64,000 bases of DNA. It comes from a virus. Taxonomy: Duplodnaviria > Heunggongvirae > Uroviricota > Caudoviricetes. Below the pieces are notes generated by a model. It was not told the DNA's origin. It did not search any database and saw nothing but the letters and a program-made list of their open reading frames with translations. The DNA lies in IMG/VR virus record IMGVR_UViG_3300025316_001100. One strand, given 5' to 3'. Positions 36,727 to 45,477 of this stretch are shown piece by piece. Both the position numbers and the translations under genes were made by a program. How positions within the stretch are numbered: position 1 is the first letter of the stretch; each line of letters begins with the position of its first letter.

Positions 36727-37084
36727 CTGCACTTTTACAATTTCGTTCATCTTCACGAAGAAGTCGTAGCCGATCTTTTCGGCATGTGTCGATTGTATCC
36801 GCAATGGCGATCAGAATTTGCTCCATCCCTTCTTGCTGGCCGATTAGCCCAAAGAAGAAATCCGCAAACACACTGTTAATGTACGGTCCCAAATCCTGAT
36901 TGTACGCTTCGTGCCGTTTGCTCAAACTCACTGACGAAGTGTAAAGGCCCCATTGCCTCGCCCATTCCATGACCACGCCTACAGCTTTGACATCGCTTAT
37001 AAAAGCCCGGTCAAGCGTTTTATCGTCCTCGCCGTGCAATTCAAATTGCTGACGAATAACATGTTTGGCTTTTGAACGATCCAT
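36722..37084 (-). CDS. hypothetical protein (120 aa)
   Basis: ORF. Confidence 0.5.
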   Translation of the reverse strand: MDRSKAKHVIRQQFELHGEDDKTLDRAFISDVKAVGVVMEWARQWGLYTSSVSLSKRHEAYNQDLGPYINSVFADFFFGLIGQQEGMEQILIAIADTIDTCRKDRLRLLREDERNCKSAG

Positions 37085-37350
37085 TATAATTGATCCAAAA
37101 TCTCTTGGGTAATTTCCACCCGCCTGTTGTGTCCTACAGTCAATACATCACCAATTTTTACTTCTATCGGTGCCGATAGATCAGTAATCGGGTTGTCATT
37201 CAGCTTAACGATGCCGCCAACAACCAACCGCCGACCCTCAGATTGACTCACTACCATTCCAGCCCTTGCTAGTAGCTTGGCCGGAAGGACGCTCTGTGTT
37301 ATACACCCGGACTCACGAAATTTCTTCTGGTCGAAAAATATTAGATCCAT
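37084..37350 (-). CDS. S4-like RNA-binding domain protein (88 aa)
   Basis: LPAKLLARAGMVVSQSEGRRLVVGGIVKLNDNPIT...IGDVLTV fits the S4 (Hsp15/TyrRS C-terminal) pattern. The 20-bp element sits inside this ORF, in the non-stop frame. Confidence 0.4.
   Translation of the reverse strand: MDLIFFDQKKFRESGCITQSVLPAKLLARAGMVVSQSEGRRLVVGGIVKLNDNPITDLSAPIEVKIGDVLTVGHNRRVEITQEILDQL
37296..37316 (-). promoter_or_regulatory. conserved 20-bp element, copy 10 (minus: GTGAGTCCGGGTGTATAACAC), the only intragenic copy
   Basis: Encodes ..RESGCIT.. within ORF 37084..37350. Confidence 0.5.
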
Positions 37351-37664
37351 TATGCTGCCTCATCTATGTTAAGGGTCACACCCAACCGATCTGCAATCTC
37401 TTGGGCACATAAATTTTCAAAAACTGCTCGAAACTGCATCGCAGGATTATTATTCATGGTTCTTGCCAAGTCCTGCGCCCACTGGGGGACATTTTCTTTG
37501 ATTTTTTGCTTATTTACTCGGCAAAGATAACATGATTCTGGATGTTCGCAGTGGTCCATGTGTCGTAGATCACGACCCAGTATCACTAGCCGATCAGCCA
37601 TTGTCATGGTTTCGCACTGTGACATACTTTCCAAGAACTTCGCAATCATTCCCATTATATTCAT
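37350..37664 (-). CDS. hypothetical protein (104 aa)
   Basis: ORF; RBS GGAGG after the element. Confidence 0.45.
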   Translation of the reverse strand: MNIMGMIAKFLESMSQCETMTMADRLVILGRDLRHMDHCEHPESCYLCRVNKQKIKENVPQWAQDLARTMNNNPAMQFRAVFENLCAQEIADRLGVTLNIDEAA

Positions 37665-37684
37665 GTCATTACCTCCTACACCTT

Positions 37685-37703
37685 CTTATACACCGGAACT
37701 CAG
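37685..37703 (-). promoter_or_regulatory. conserved 20-bp element, variant copy 11 (minus: CTGAGTTCCGGTGTATAAGA)
   Basis: Its TGA is the stop of the upstream ORF; followed by AGGTGTAGGAGGtaatgacATG. Confidence 0.5.
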
Positions 37704-37996
37704 GGTTCATCACCCTCGTCGTCCTCTGCCAAGCGATGTTCCACAAAAGAATCCAAGTGTAGGCCCTCATAAATATCGGCTACACTCATAGTTTTGCCAT
37801 TTGGCATCTTGATCTGCTCCTGCCAAATAGATTCATCCTCCATCACAACCGCTTCCGTCGCTCGTTCAATTACCTGTTGAGCAATTGGAATAAACGAATC
37901 ATGAATCGGAGGGTAATGATTTGCTGTCAAGTGCCAATGAAGAGCCTGTTCTTCGTTGGTAAAATTCAACATATCGTCAATACCTAAACGTCCCAT
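37700..37996 (-). CDS. hypothetical acidic protein (98 aa)
   Basis: ORF. Confidence 0.45.
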   Translation of the reverse strand: MGRLGIDDMLNFTNEEQALHWHLTANHYPPIHDSFIPIAQQVIERATEAVVMEDESIWQEQIKMPNGKTMSVADIYEGLHLDSFVEHRLAEDDEGDEP

Positions 37997-37997
37997 C

Positions 37998-38258
37998 TTA
38001 CTTACCTTTCTTTATTATAAACTGATCTTGCCACCACTCACATGTACCGCTGTGCATTTTATCATCATTCAAAAAACTATATCGTTCGGAATGTCCGTCG
38101 CTTATTGCATGATGAAGAGTAAATGAAGCCGATTCGAAACGATGGTTTTTCCACATATTCTTTTGAGAAAATACCGCAGAACCAAACAAAGTGAATATTT
38201 TCATCATTCTGTTCCAGGTGCAATTCGCATATGAATGTTCATTCTTGGAGCAGGCCAC
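37998..38258 (-). CDS. hypothetical protein (86 aa)
   Basis: ORF. Confidence 0.4.
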   Translation of the reverse strand: MACSKNEHSYANCTWNRMMKIFTLFGSAVFSQKNMWKNHRFESASFTLHHAISDGHSERYSFLNDDKMHSGTCEWWQDQFIIKKGK

Positions 38259-38581
38259 TGCCTCGCATCTCGGGGTACAATTTTATAACCGGCGTTTATC
38301 GCCGCTATTAACATATCCCTTATCGGTTCCGTTAAGCCACGCTCCAAATAAACGTCTATGTCATTAGTGGTTGTGGGCGAAACATATTGATCGTGTGACG
38401 TAACCAAAACTGCTTTGCCCGGCCCTGCCTTTGGATGTTCATCAGTCACAAATCCAAAAGCCATATTTGCCAAATCTAAACCACGCAATAAACTACCCTT
38501 CGTCCAAGCTGCATTCAATCTCATAGTTGTCACCATTGTTTCTCGGCAGTGCCGTAGCAATACTATTGCGATTACGGTCAT
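38204..38581 (-). CDS. hypothetical protein (125 aa)
   Basis: ORF. Confidence 0.45.
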   Translation of the reverse strand: MTVIAIVLLRHCRETMVTTMRLNAAWTKGSLLRGLDLANMAFGFVTDEHPKAGPGKAVLVTSHDQYVSPTTTNDIDVYLERGLTEPIRDMLIAAINAGYKIVPRDARQWPAPRMNIHMRIAPGTE

Positions 38582-38825
38582 ACACGAAACGAATTATAAT
38601 CATCTTGTCAACTCTTGCCGGATCGTCCGTGTCCACCTTTTTAATTCGATATAGGGCATCATAAACTGCTACCCTATTCGATGTCCTTTCAATCAATACT
38701 GCGCCACCACTATGAACCGCACAGCGTAAGTGATCGTCAATATGCTGTTTGTATTTAATCCCATAGCGTTCCCATAACCGACGAGCAGTATGAACTTGTT
38801 GTCCTTTCCGTTTTCCTTTGGCCAT
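38493..38825 (-). CDS. hypothetical basic protein (110 aa)
   Basis: ORF; overlaps the next gene in another frame. Confidence 0.45.
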   Translation of the reverse strand: MAKGKRKGQQVHTARRLWERYGIKYKQHIDDHLRCAVHSGGAVLIERTSNRVAVYDALYRIKKVDTDDPARVDKMIIIRFVYDRNRNSIATALPRNNGDNYEIECSLDEG

Positions 38826-38828
38826 GAT

Positions 38829-39053
38829 TCATTCATTGCCTCCGAACTTCTTAACTTCTTCCTGTTGCTTTATTACCGGCCATTCTACGCCTAACTCCGA
38901 CAAAATCTCTCGGGCATCACGGGTACGATTTAGCCAATCAGTAAACTGCTTAATAGGACTTGTATTGGGCATGCCTCTGGAACCGGCTGGAAGATAATGC
39001 TTTTCCGTTACCAACCGATTTCCCAATTCCATTAAAACCGCTTTGAGATTCAT
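38829..39053 (-). CDS. hypothetical protein (74 aa)
   Basis: ORF. Confidence 0.45.
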   Translation of the reverse strand: MNLKAVLMELGNRLVTEKHYLPAGSRGMPNTSPIKQFTDWLNRTRDAREILSELGVEWPVIKQQEEVKKFGGNE

Positions 39054-39124
39054 GTTTTATTCCTTATGTGGACAAATGGCCGTGCCCGCAGAGCGGGCAC
39101 GGCCTGTTACTTGCCTTCCAAAGA

Positions 39125-39153
39125 ATTATACTACACACCAGGGCAATTGTAAA
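39125..39153 (-). promoter_or_regulatory. sigma70-type promoter TTTACA-N17-(GTAG)TATAAT (minus)
   Basis: Reverse complement gives TTTACAattgccctggtgtgtagTATAAT. The 5' leader contains the GC hairpin GGCCGTGCCCGC-TCTG-CGGGCACGGCC at 39082-39108. Confidence 0.55.
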
Positions 39154-39154
39154 A

Positions 39155-39415
39155 TTACTTCTTTGCCTTAGCATATCCCTTCTTGATGACGTTGCCAAGA
39201 TAGGGGCCATCGTAGTTTGTATACGGCCCCCTGATCGGCTTCCGGTAGTTGATCGGATCATCATCGGTGCAAGGTTCAACCCACACTTCCATCTTCTTGC
39301 CACGATAACTCTTCCTCAAAGTAGCCGCTCGCTGATTAGCCGCCTTGAGGCTATCGTGAGTAGAATCAAGATTGCCATGATTCCGACTCTTGCCCTTTAA
39401 TACTTTGTGTCGCAT
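39155..39415 (-). CDS. hypothetical basic protein (86 aa)
   Basis: ORF. Confidence 0.45.
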   Translation of the reverse strand: MRHKVLKGKSRNHGNLDSTHDSLKAANQRAATLRKSYRGKKMEVWVEPCTDDDPINYRKPIRGPYTNYDGPYLGNVIKKGYAKAKK

Positions 39416-39416
39416 G

Positions 39417-39731
39417 TTAATTCTCCTTGTAATTCTTTACAATCACTTCGTCACTTACTTTGTACGCTAGGACTGCTTTTTGTTTATAATGCTTGGCCGT
39501 AAAATCCATGATTTGTTCAATTTGTTCACGGGTGCAAGACACCCTTACTGGAATTGTACTATCGATATACAAAGTCCCTTCGGGAGAAATCCATTCGCCC
39601 TTAATAGTTGGTGGATGAATTGTCAAGCCGCCACATATATCTCTCACCTTTGCATCAAATACACGGTGATGTCTAGTGCGTACCGGTCTGCCATTATTCC
39701 ACTTTCTTGGAACAAGTATTTCCCACAGCAC
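39417..39731 (-). CDS. hypothetical protein (104 aa)
   Basis: ORF. Confidence 0.5.
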   Translation of the reverse strand: MLWEILVPRKWNNGRPVRTRHHRVFDAKVRDICGGLTIHPPTIKGEWISPEGTLYIDSTIPVRVSCTREQIEQIMDFTAKHYKQKAVLAYKVSDEVIVKNYKEN

Positions 39732-39857
39732 GATTCTTTTGTCCTTCCTTATTGGGCTGTTTCACCGCCCGAATATCTTTCAATAGTTGCTGCCAACCTT
39801 CTTCGGTTTGGTTATTCATATAGCGACTTACAATTTCATATCGTTGCAAAATCATAT

Positions 39858-40127
39858 TCATTGGTCTTCATCCTCATCGTCATCTGGATCGTGACAAATC
39901 CACGCATCTCGGCCAGAGGCATTGTCTTCATGACGAATCAACGCACCGATCGTTTCATCGCAAGCACCAGCGTAACGGCTGTCCAATTGCTCTGAATCTT
40001 CTACCACACCCAATTCTGCGGGCAAGGTAAACTCTCGTCGCAATCCCTCCGCTACATGTTCTGTATTTACGTCTTCGGGCACTTCCACCTTTACCCGAAA
40101 CAAAAAATCAATGTAATGCTGACTCAT
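39858..40127 (-). CDS. hypothetical acidic protein (89 aa)
   Basis: ORF. Confidence 0.45.
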   Translation of the reverse strand: MSQHYIDFLFRVKVEVPEDVNTEHVAEGLRREFTLPAELGVVEDSEQLDSRYAGACDETIGALIRHEDNASGRDAWICHDPDDDEDEDQ

Positions 40128-40136
40128 AGTTATGCC

Positions 40137-40328
40137 TTATCCTTCGTAGGCAGAAATACCCAAAAGCCCCACCGGAGGCCCAGCGTTTTCTGCTTCAATA
40201 ATCACTTTGGTTTTGTCGGTGAATGTAATAGTGACACAATTGATGGCATGAGTATCCACCTTCGCAATCGTCTTGCCCTTAAAAGTCTCCATATCGACTT
40301 CCTTAGGATCTTTCGTTCTCTTACTCAT
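40137..40328 (-). CDS. hypothetical protein (63 aa)
   Basis: ORF. Confidence 0.4.
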   Translation of the reverse strand: MSKRTKDPKEVDMETFKGKTIAKVDTHAINCVTITFTDKTKVIIEAENAGPPVGLLGISAYEG

Positions 40329-40531
40329 TGTCTCCCTTTCCGTAAATTACATGACCCTACCCAATCTAGTATTCTTTCTCGAAGCCATGTTGTGAACCTT
40401 CCAACTCATACAACACGACCAGCCCGTATGCAAACAAATAGAACGCTTCATTGTCGCATCCATCACAAAACATCTGGACTGACATCTGCGATTTCTACTA
40501 TGGCTTCTCGACCAATTTCTATCAAACAATC

Positions 40532-41092
40532 TCACAGCTTCAAAACCTCGCCTTTGTGGATTCGACACATGTATTCCAAGATATTCTCAACGTAATAATC
40601 TCGGTCCTGGCCCTCTTCGTATTCCGTCTTAGCACCGGGCAGCTTACATTCGTAGGCTTCTCTTTGACCAAATACTTCTGCAAATCCGCCAAGACTATAG
40701 CCGGTTTGCATATAATATTTCATCAATTCTTCGGCCGTAAAAAGACCATCATAAAAGTCGGTCCACAAATTATTCATGTCCAGGCTGGCACGAATAGACG
40801 TACAATGTCGGCCATATCCGAATTTGCCCTCGGCATGATTTACCGCAGATGATGGCGTATAAACCGGACAGAATTCTTCAATCAAATTGGTCAGCCGATT
40901 CGGTCGCCATCGCCAAGTGTCCCCCATTTCCACAATTTCGTGATTGAAGATTTCAGCAAGATCAGCCATGTCATTATAATGACCACTCGCCCGCACTTCA
41001 TCCAACGGTATCACCCGCTTAATATCCAGCGGCTTCCGCAACTCCTTACGAATGGGCTCCTGCCTCTCTTGCTCCTCTTGTAGACTATTCAT
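40532..41092 (-). CDS. hypothetical protein (186 aa)
   Basis: ORF. Confidence 0.55.
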   Translation of the reverse strand: MNSLQEEQERQEPIRKELRKPLDIKRVIPLDEVRASGHYNDMADLAEIFNHEIVEMGDTWRWRPNRLTNLIEEFCPVYTPSSAVNHAEGKFGYGRHCTSIRASLDMNNLWTDFYDGLFTAEELMKYYMQTGYSLGGFAEVFGQREAYECKLPGAKTEYEEGQDRDYYVENILEYMCRIHKGEVLKL

Positions 41093-41148
41093 TTTATCCC
41101 TTTCATGTTGCCAAACATAACAAATTTGTTATATTTGGCTACCTGTAA

Positions 41149-41526
41149 TCAATCTTCGTCCGGTTCTTCACTGTGAAGTCCCTGCTTAATCAAAGCCTCG
41201 ACACGCTCTTGCAACCAAACACGGGCATCTGGCTCGGAATCAAATCGCTGCTTAACAGCCTTCCACATCCATTGACCATCTTCGCTTTCAAACATCAGAT
41301 GAACACCCCACTTATGGTCTTTGGTATTCCAACACGGCGCACCAATATAACCTACCGACATCTTGTTTAATTTGATGTCGGTATCTGGGTACGGATGTCC
41401 CACGCCCATCAAACCGGTTTGTGCTTTTTGTTTCTTGAATGTAAATTTTGGTTTTTTCATATTTTCACCATCTCTGTAGAACGAATTGTTTTGCAAAAAG
41501 CAACAATGTGAATGCATTGCTCGCAA
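41149..41526 (-). CDS. hypothetical protein (125 aa)
   Basis: ORF. Confidence 0.5.
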   Translation of the reverse strand: MRAMHSHCCFLQNNSFYRDGENMKKPKFTFKKQKAQTGLMGVGHPYPDTDIKLNKMSVGYIGAPCWNTKDHKWGVHLMFESEDGQWMWKAVKQRFDSEPDARVWLQERVEALIKQGLHSEEPDED

Positions 41527-41705
41527 TCCACTCGTTCTTCAGTCGGCTCCCCCACACCCCACTCTTTGTCCCCAGCGTAATCTTGTCCGCATAAGGTAGA
41601 AGAGCAAGTCAGTCCATCAAAATGGACCTCGCAATGACCATCAGTAAAGGGTATTTTAATCTTGGTCGCCATATTGGATAATAGCAGCCTGACCGGCAAA
41701 GCCGG

Positions 41706-42926
41706 TCAGGCTGCCTTCACTTCAAAATCATCGGGATCATAATTACCGAAATCCAGGGCTGGAATGTCGATCTTCACCGCATCTTCGCCCAGATTCGGAA
41801 TACCCCGCTTGTTCAACTCATCAATACCCGCCATCGTCAGCGAGTAGCCCTGACTGGTCACTGCAACCAATGCAGGTTCATTCTCCGTAGCTGTCAGCAA
41901 TGGTGGCATCAGGTAATGAATCAATTCTTCCTCTTTGCAACCTGCATAAAGGATCAATCGACTACGTGGGATTGCTCCCTGTTGGCCCAATGCCGCCAAT
42001 ACCGTAATTCGCTGTCGGGTCATGCCATACGGATCAATGTCATTGTCACGGGCCACAGCCGCCGCAACCTGTTCCCAGGATACTGCGCCCTTATGGCTCT
42101 GAAGTTCGTACTCGGCCCGCATGTCAACAGCAAACGCCAGGGCTTCACGTGGAACCCGCCAGCAATACTTTGCTACCAACTTGCAAACGCTCATATCCCA
42201 ATCGGGATTTGCACGACGCACGATCTCTGCAATTTCATCCCGGCCATACAGATTCAAATAAATCTTTCGGAACCGGGTATCAAAAGCATCAAACAATAGA
42301 CCACGATCCGTGGTCGCAATAATCCAGCAAACCCTACGGCAATCGGCAGTCCAACCATCGCCCAAAGACAGCATACCGTCTTTCGGTTCGGTTGCCTTCA
42401 ACAATGCCTGCACAACCGGATTCGGCAAAGCATGTACTTCGTCAATCAATGCCACGGTTGGCGGAATGACAAAGACCCTATTCTCATCTGGGTTTAATCG
42501 CAAGGTGATGGGATCACCACCACTTTGTTCATAAGCCACACGATCAAGAACATCGGCAAATGCTTCAACAATATCCAGAGCATTTTGAACTGCCTTCGGC
42601 TGAATCTCAACATAAGGCAACAAAGTCGTCTGGCCGAACAATCGTGCCAGAGTCGTCTTACCCGCCGATGAACCACCGATCAAAGAAAACTGCTGATCGC
42701 CACCAGCATGGTTTTCACGGCCCCACATTTGGTACGCCGCCCGGCTCAATCGCCGCTTCGCCTTGTCGTTGCCCACAAACTTGGACAACGGGCAATCGGG
42801 ATTCTGATGGCTAGTCTTCCACTGACGCTGCTCGACCGACAAGCCAGTATTGAACAACAACTGGTTCTGTGGGCCGGGCTCTCGCACCAGCAAAGGACTC
42901 AAGATTGTTTTGTTACCTTTACGCAT
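41706..42926 (-). CDS. RuvB-like AAA+ ATPase (406 aa)
   Basis: Walker A GGSSAGKTTLARLF; Walker B VALIDEVHAL; sensor and arginine region IIATTDRGLL..FDTRFRK; C-terminal winged-helix segment resembling the RuvB domain III pattern. Confidence 0.55.
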   Translation of the reverse strand: MRKGNKTILSPLLVREPGPQNQLLFNTGLSVEQRQWKTSHQNPDCPLSKFVGNDKAKRRLSRAAYQMWGRENHAGGDQQFSLIGGSSAGKTTLARLFGQTTLLPYVEIQPKAVQNALDIVEAFADVLDRVAYEQSGGDPITLRLNPDENRVFVIPPTVALIDEVHALPNPVVQALLKATEPKDGMLSLGDGWTADCRRVCWIIATTDRGLLFDAFDTRFRKIYLNLYGRDEIAEIVRRANPDWDMSVCKLVAKYCWRVPREALAFAVDMRAEYELQSHKGAVSWEQVAAAVARDNDIDPYGMTRQRITVLAALGQQGAIPRSRLILYAGCKEEELIHYLMPPLLTATENEPALVAVTSQGYSLTMAGIDELNKRGIPNLGEDAVKIDIPALDFGNYDPDDFEVKAA

Positions 42927-42977
42927 TTTTCACACCTTATAGTAAAAGCCCACCCGGCACACGCCGGGTGGGCTCTC

Positions 42978-42999
42978 TGTGTTATACACCCGGACTCAG
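42978..42999 (-). promoter_or_regulatory. conserved 20-bp element, copy 12 (minus: CTGAGTCCGGGTGTATAACACA)
   Basis: Lies 4 nt downstream of a GTAGTATAAT -10 box at 43004-43013 and upstream of the RuvB-like gene. Confidence 0.55.
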
Positions 43000-43008
43000 G
43001 GTATTATA

Positions 43009-44043
43009 CTACGCAGAAGCCCTTTTGGGACGTTGTGCTTCGTAAGTTTTCTGAATCTTGGCAATCGCACTGTTGAACGCCAACCGGGTGAATCGCCGGG
43101 AATACGGCTTACCAGTATTGGGATTGATGTTGGCAGCCGCCACTGCTGTTTGCCAACCTTTTTCCCAATGCTCACCAAGCAATTCCTTGTTCGGCTGTTG
43201 GAAAGCCATCAGTACAGCATTTTCAAACGGGGTAAGAACCGTTTCTCGAATCGCACGACGTTGATCGTGATCTAGCAATTCAGGCACCGGCCGCAACTCA
43301 TCGGAAAACAACGTCTCAAATACGGCTGAATCTCCATCCACTGCACTTCCTTCATGCTTGGATGACATGCTTGTGGCATGATACGTTTCGGTCAACGTAG
43401 CTTGCACAATCGCACATTCATTTTCGTTGAATCCCAAGTATGCCGTCACTTCATCAAAGGTGGCAGGCCGATTAAAATCAGCACGGCCCTCTTCGTAAAG
43501 CATATGCAATTTACGAGCCTCATTTGACCAGGGGGACAACGGATTGGCCTTATTGACCGCACCCGCCAACTTCCTACGAACGCAATGGTACAAATAGGTC
43601 ATAAAAGCAATGTTGGTATCGGTGTAATAGTACATCGCATTGATGGCACCGATGATGCCTTCATCGTAATAATCTTGAAACGACAAGATCATTTCGGGAT
43701 GAGCCGACGCATACCGATAAGCCAATTTTTCAATGCAACGGGTATAACCACATAGAATCTCCATACGAATATCGGTTACCGCCTGAATCTTTTCCAGGGA
43801 CTTGGCATCCAACTTAATACCACGAATAGAACTCACTACGCCCTTCTTCATGGCATCAACCAGTTCGTCACGAAAGTCCGCTCGGCTGTAAGACTTACGC
43901 TTGATGTCAGCAATTTCTACAACCTGATCGTACATCTGCTTTAGGGCCTTATTACCCCGACGCATAACCTTCGCCAACTGATCCTTCCGTTCCTTAGACA
44001 AGGGCATATACGGAAGGGTTTCGTGATCGGCTACAATTCGCAT
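43009..44043 (-). CDS. sigma-70 family RNA polymerase sigma factor-like protein (344 aa)
   Basis: Region 2-like FQDYYDEGIIGAINAMYYYTDTNIAFMTYLYHCVRRKLAGAV (compare DLIQEG.IGL.KAV.KFD...FSTYA.WWIRQ); region 4-like LDHDQRRAIRETVLTPFENAVLMAF ... FTRLAFNSAIAKIQK. Confidence 0.55.
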   Translation of the reverse strand: MRIVADHETLPYMPLSKERKDQLAKVMRRGNKALKQMYDQVVEIADIKRKSYSRADFRDELVDAMKKGVVSSIRGIKLDAKSLEKIQAVTDIRMEILCGYTRCIEKLAYRYASAHPEMILSFQDYYDEGIIGAINAMYYYTDTNIAFMTYLYHCVRRKLAGAVNKANPLSPWSNEARKLHMLYEEGRADFNRPATFDEVTAYLGFNENECAIVQATLTETYHATSMSSKHEGSAVDGDSAVFETLFSDELRPVPELLDHDQRRAIRETVLTPFENAVLMAFQQPNKELLGEHWEKGWQTAVAAANINPNTGKPYSRRFTRLAFNSAIAKIQKTYEAQRPKRASA

Positions 44044-44097
44044 GATTCAAAATCTTTCTGATAAAATGGGTAACTTGTTATTTGCGTTTCCGCCTCA

Positions 44098-44117
44098 TGT
44101 TATACACCTGGACTCAC
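44098..44117 (-). promoter_or_regulatory. conserved 20-bp element, copy 13 (minus: GTGAGTCCAGGTGTATAACA)
   Basis: Upstream of the sigma-like gene; its TAA is the stop of 44100..44402. Confidence 0.55.
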
Positions 44118-44402
44118 TTGATTTTTCACCTCTTTCGCCCGAAATCGGGCCAAACCCTCAGCAAAAGCCGCTTCGGGAGTGGCACACCAGCCGCAAATGC
44201 CGGTGTTATACCAAGAACCGTTCTCAGTACCGGGCATGATACTCTTTGGCCCCTTGCTGTCAAGACCATTCCACCACGTCGGACCATTGCTCCAATCCAG
44301 AACACAGTAAAAATAGGGGGTTCTGATAGTGGAGTCGTTCCAATCCACGTTTTCGGGATCATCATCAGGGACTAAGTGAACTTCAATTTTAGGATTTTGC
44401 AT
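44100..44402 (-). CDS. hypothetical protein (100 aa)
   Basis: ORF ending ..QVSPGV*. Confidence 0.45.
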   Translation of the reverse strand: MQNPKIEVHLVPDDDPENVDWNDSTIRTPYFYCVLDWSNGPTWWNGLDSKGPKSIMPGTENGSWYNTGICGWCATPEAAFAEGLARFRAKEVKNQVSPGV

Positions 44403-44430
44403 TTTTTACTTTCATTATGAGTCTGCTCCA

Positions 44431-44450
44431 TCTTATACACCTGGACTCAC
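44431..44450 (-). promoter_or_regulatory. conserved 20-bp element, copy 14 (minus: GTGAGTCCAGGTGTATAAGA)
   Basis: Followed by TGGAGCAGACTCATAATGAAAGTAAAAAATG. Confidence 0.55.
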
Positions 44451-44456
44451 TTGATT

Positions 44457-44492
44457 TCTCTGTTGCCACAAGAATTCTTGTGGCAACAGAGA
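44457..44492. repeat. Perfect 36-bp palindrome TCTCTGTTGCCACAAG-AATT-CTTGTGGCAACAGAGA (contains GAATTC)
   Basis: 16-bp perfect stem with a 4-nt loop, between the terminator hairpin and the 20-bp element. Confidence 0.6.
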
Positions 44493-44523
44493 AATCAGCC
44501 CCCACGGCCGGGTGGCCGTGGGG
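44486..44523 (-). terminator. Rho-independent terminator (minus: CCCCCACGGCC-ACCC-GGCCGTGGGGG then CTGATTTCTCTG)
   Basis: Perfect GC stem directly after the 44540 gene end. Confidence 0.5.
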
Positions 44524-44539
44524 GCTATCATCCAGCGGT

Positions 44540-45004
44540 TTACTCAAACTGTTGGCACCAATACGGAGTGCCTTCTGGCGAAACGTAGCCAGCAATACCG
44601 ATTTTACGATAACCGGGATTGAGAATGTTGGCTCTATGACCAGACGAATTCATCCACTGGACCATTACACCATCTACAGTAGATGATCCCATTGCGATGT
44701 TTTCCGCACCATCGACTGAATGAACCATTTGTCGATTATTGGCCATCCAACCGCAATGGCGGCGAGCCCGCATATGCACAATGGGGTCCAAAATCAACGC
44801 TGCCAAACCGTATCGTTGCCGTTCGGCATTGACTTGATTAAGCAACTGGGTTTCAGTCGTATACACAGGGGCTTTGTCCACAACTGCGTTTTGAGACGCC
44901 GCCGTAGAACCCGTAGAGTTGCTATAACCCCTACGGCCCCGTGCATGAGCAACTGAACAAACACACAGACACAACACAGCACACACGATTGTTCTCAGCT
45001 TCAT
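44540..45004 (-). CDS. Secreted CAP/SCP (YkwD-like) domain protein with an N-terminal signal peptide (154 aa)
   Basis: MKLRTIVCAVLCLCVCSVAHA signal peptide; then LNQVNAERQRYGL..L......A..HC.WM......HS..GAENIA.....V..W..S.GHRANIL.P.Y...G.A......G.YW.Q.F matches the CAP pattern. Confidence 0.55.
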   Translation of the reverse strand: MKLRTIVCAVLCLCVCSVAHARGRRGYSNSTGSTAASQNAVVDKAPVYTTETQLLNQVNAERQRYGLAALILDPIVHMRARRHCGWMANNRQMVHSVDGAENIAMGSSTVDGVMVQWMNSSGHRANILNPGYRKIGIAGYVSPEGTPYWCQQFE

Positions 45005-45062
45005 TGGATTCTCCTTGTACTGAGACTATCAATAGATAACCAAACCATCCAAAAGGTTCGGT

Positions 45063-45272
45063 TCAAACGCTTGCTTTAGACAATTCTCGCCAACGGTCCA
45101 GGTGGGTAAACGCAGCGATGATAGTAAGAATATCATCCTTAGAACGAATTCCCCACAAGGCTGCTGCGCATTCACGATCAGCGACCGGCAGCTTATCAAT
45201 ACTTTCCAAGTATTCTTGGTAATTTTCAGCCGGATGCTGTTTTCGCCACTCGTACAGATGGTCACGAATCAT
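45063..45272 (-). CDS. hypothetical protein (about 70 aa, start at the internal Met MIRDHLYEW...)
   Basis: Trimmed from track ORF 45063..45353 to remove the overlap with 45262..45477. Confidence 0.35.
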   Translation of the reverse strand: MIRDHLYEWRKQHPAENYQEYLESIDKLPVADRECAAALWGIRSKDDILTIIAAFTHLDRWRELSKASV

Positions 45273-45477
45273 TTTCGTCCTCCAAATTTTCGAAACTGTT
45301 GTCGTTATCGTAAAAACGGTATTTCCTGCCCCTAAATGAAAACACCCGACCATTCAATTTACGTTGATACGTCATAGCTCCAACACTACCATCGATAACC
45401 AATCGAGCATAGATTTCTACAACGTCACTAGCAAGTCGTTTCACGCTAATGATTTGATGGGGTCTGGTAAATGGCAT
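45262..45477 (-). CDS. hypothetical protein (71 aa)
   Basis: ORF. Confidence 0.4.
   Translation of the reverse strand: MPFTRPHQIISVKRLASDVVEIYARLVIDGSVGAMTYQRKLNGRVFSFRGRKYRFYDNDNSFENLEDENDS

Noticed and set aside
41457-41699. Track ORF 41457-41699 overlapping 41149-41526
   Set aside because: A 70-nt out-of-frame overlap with the downstream gene. It probably starts at an internal codon or is not expressed, and confidence is too low to list it separately.
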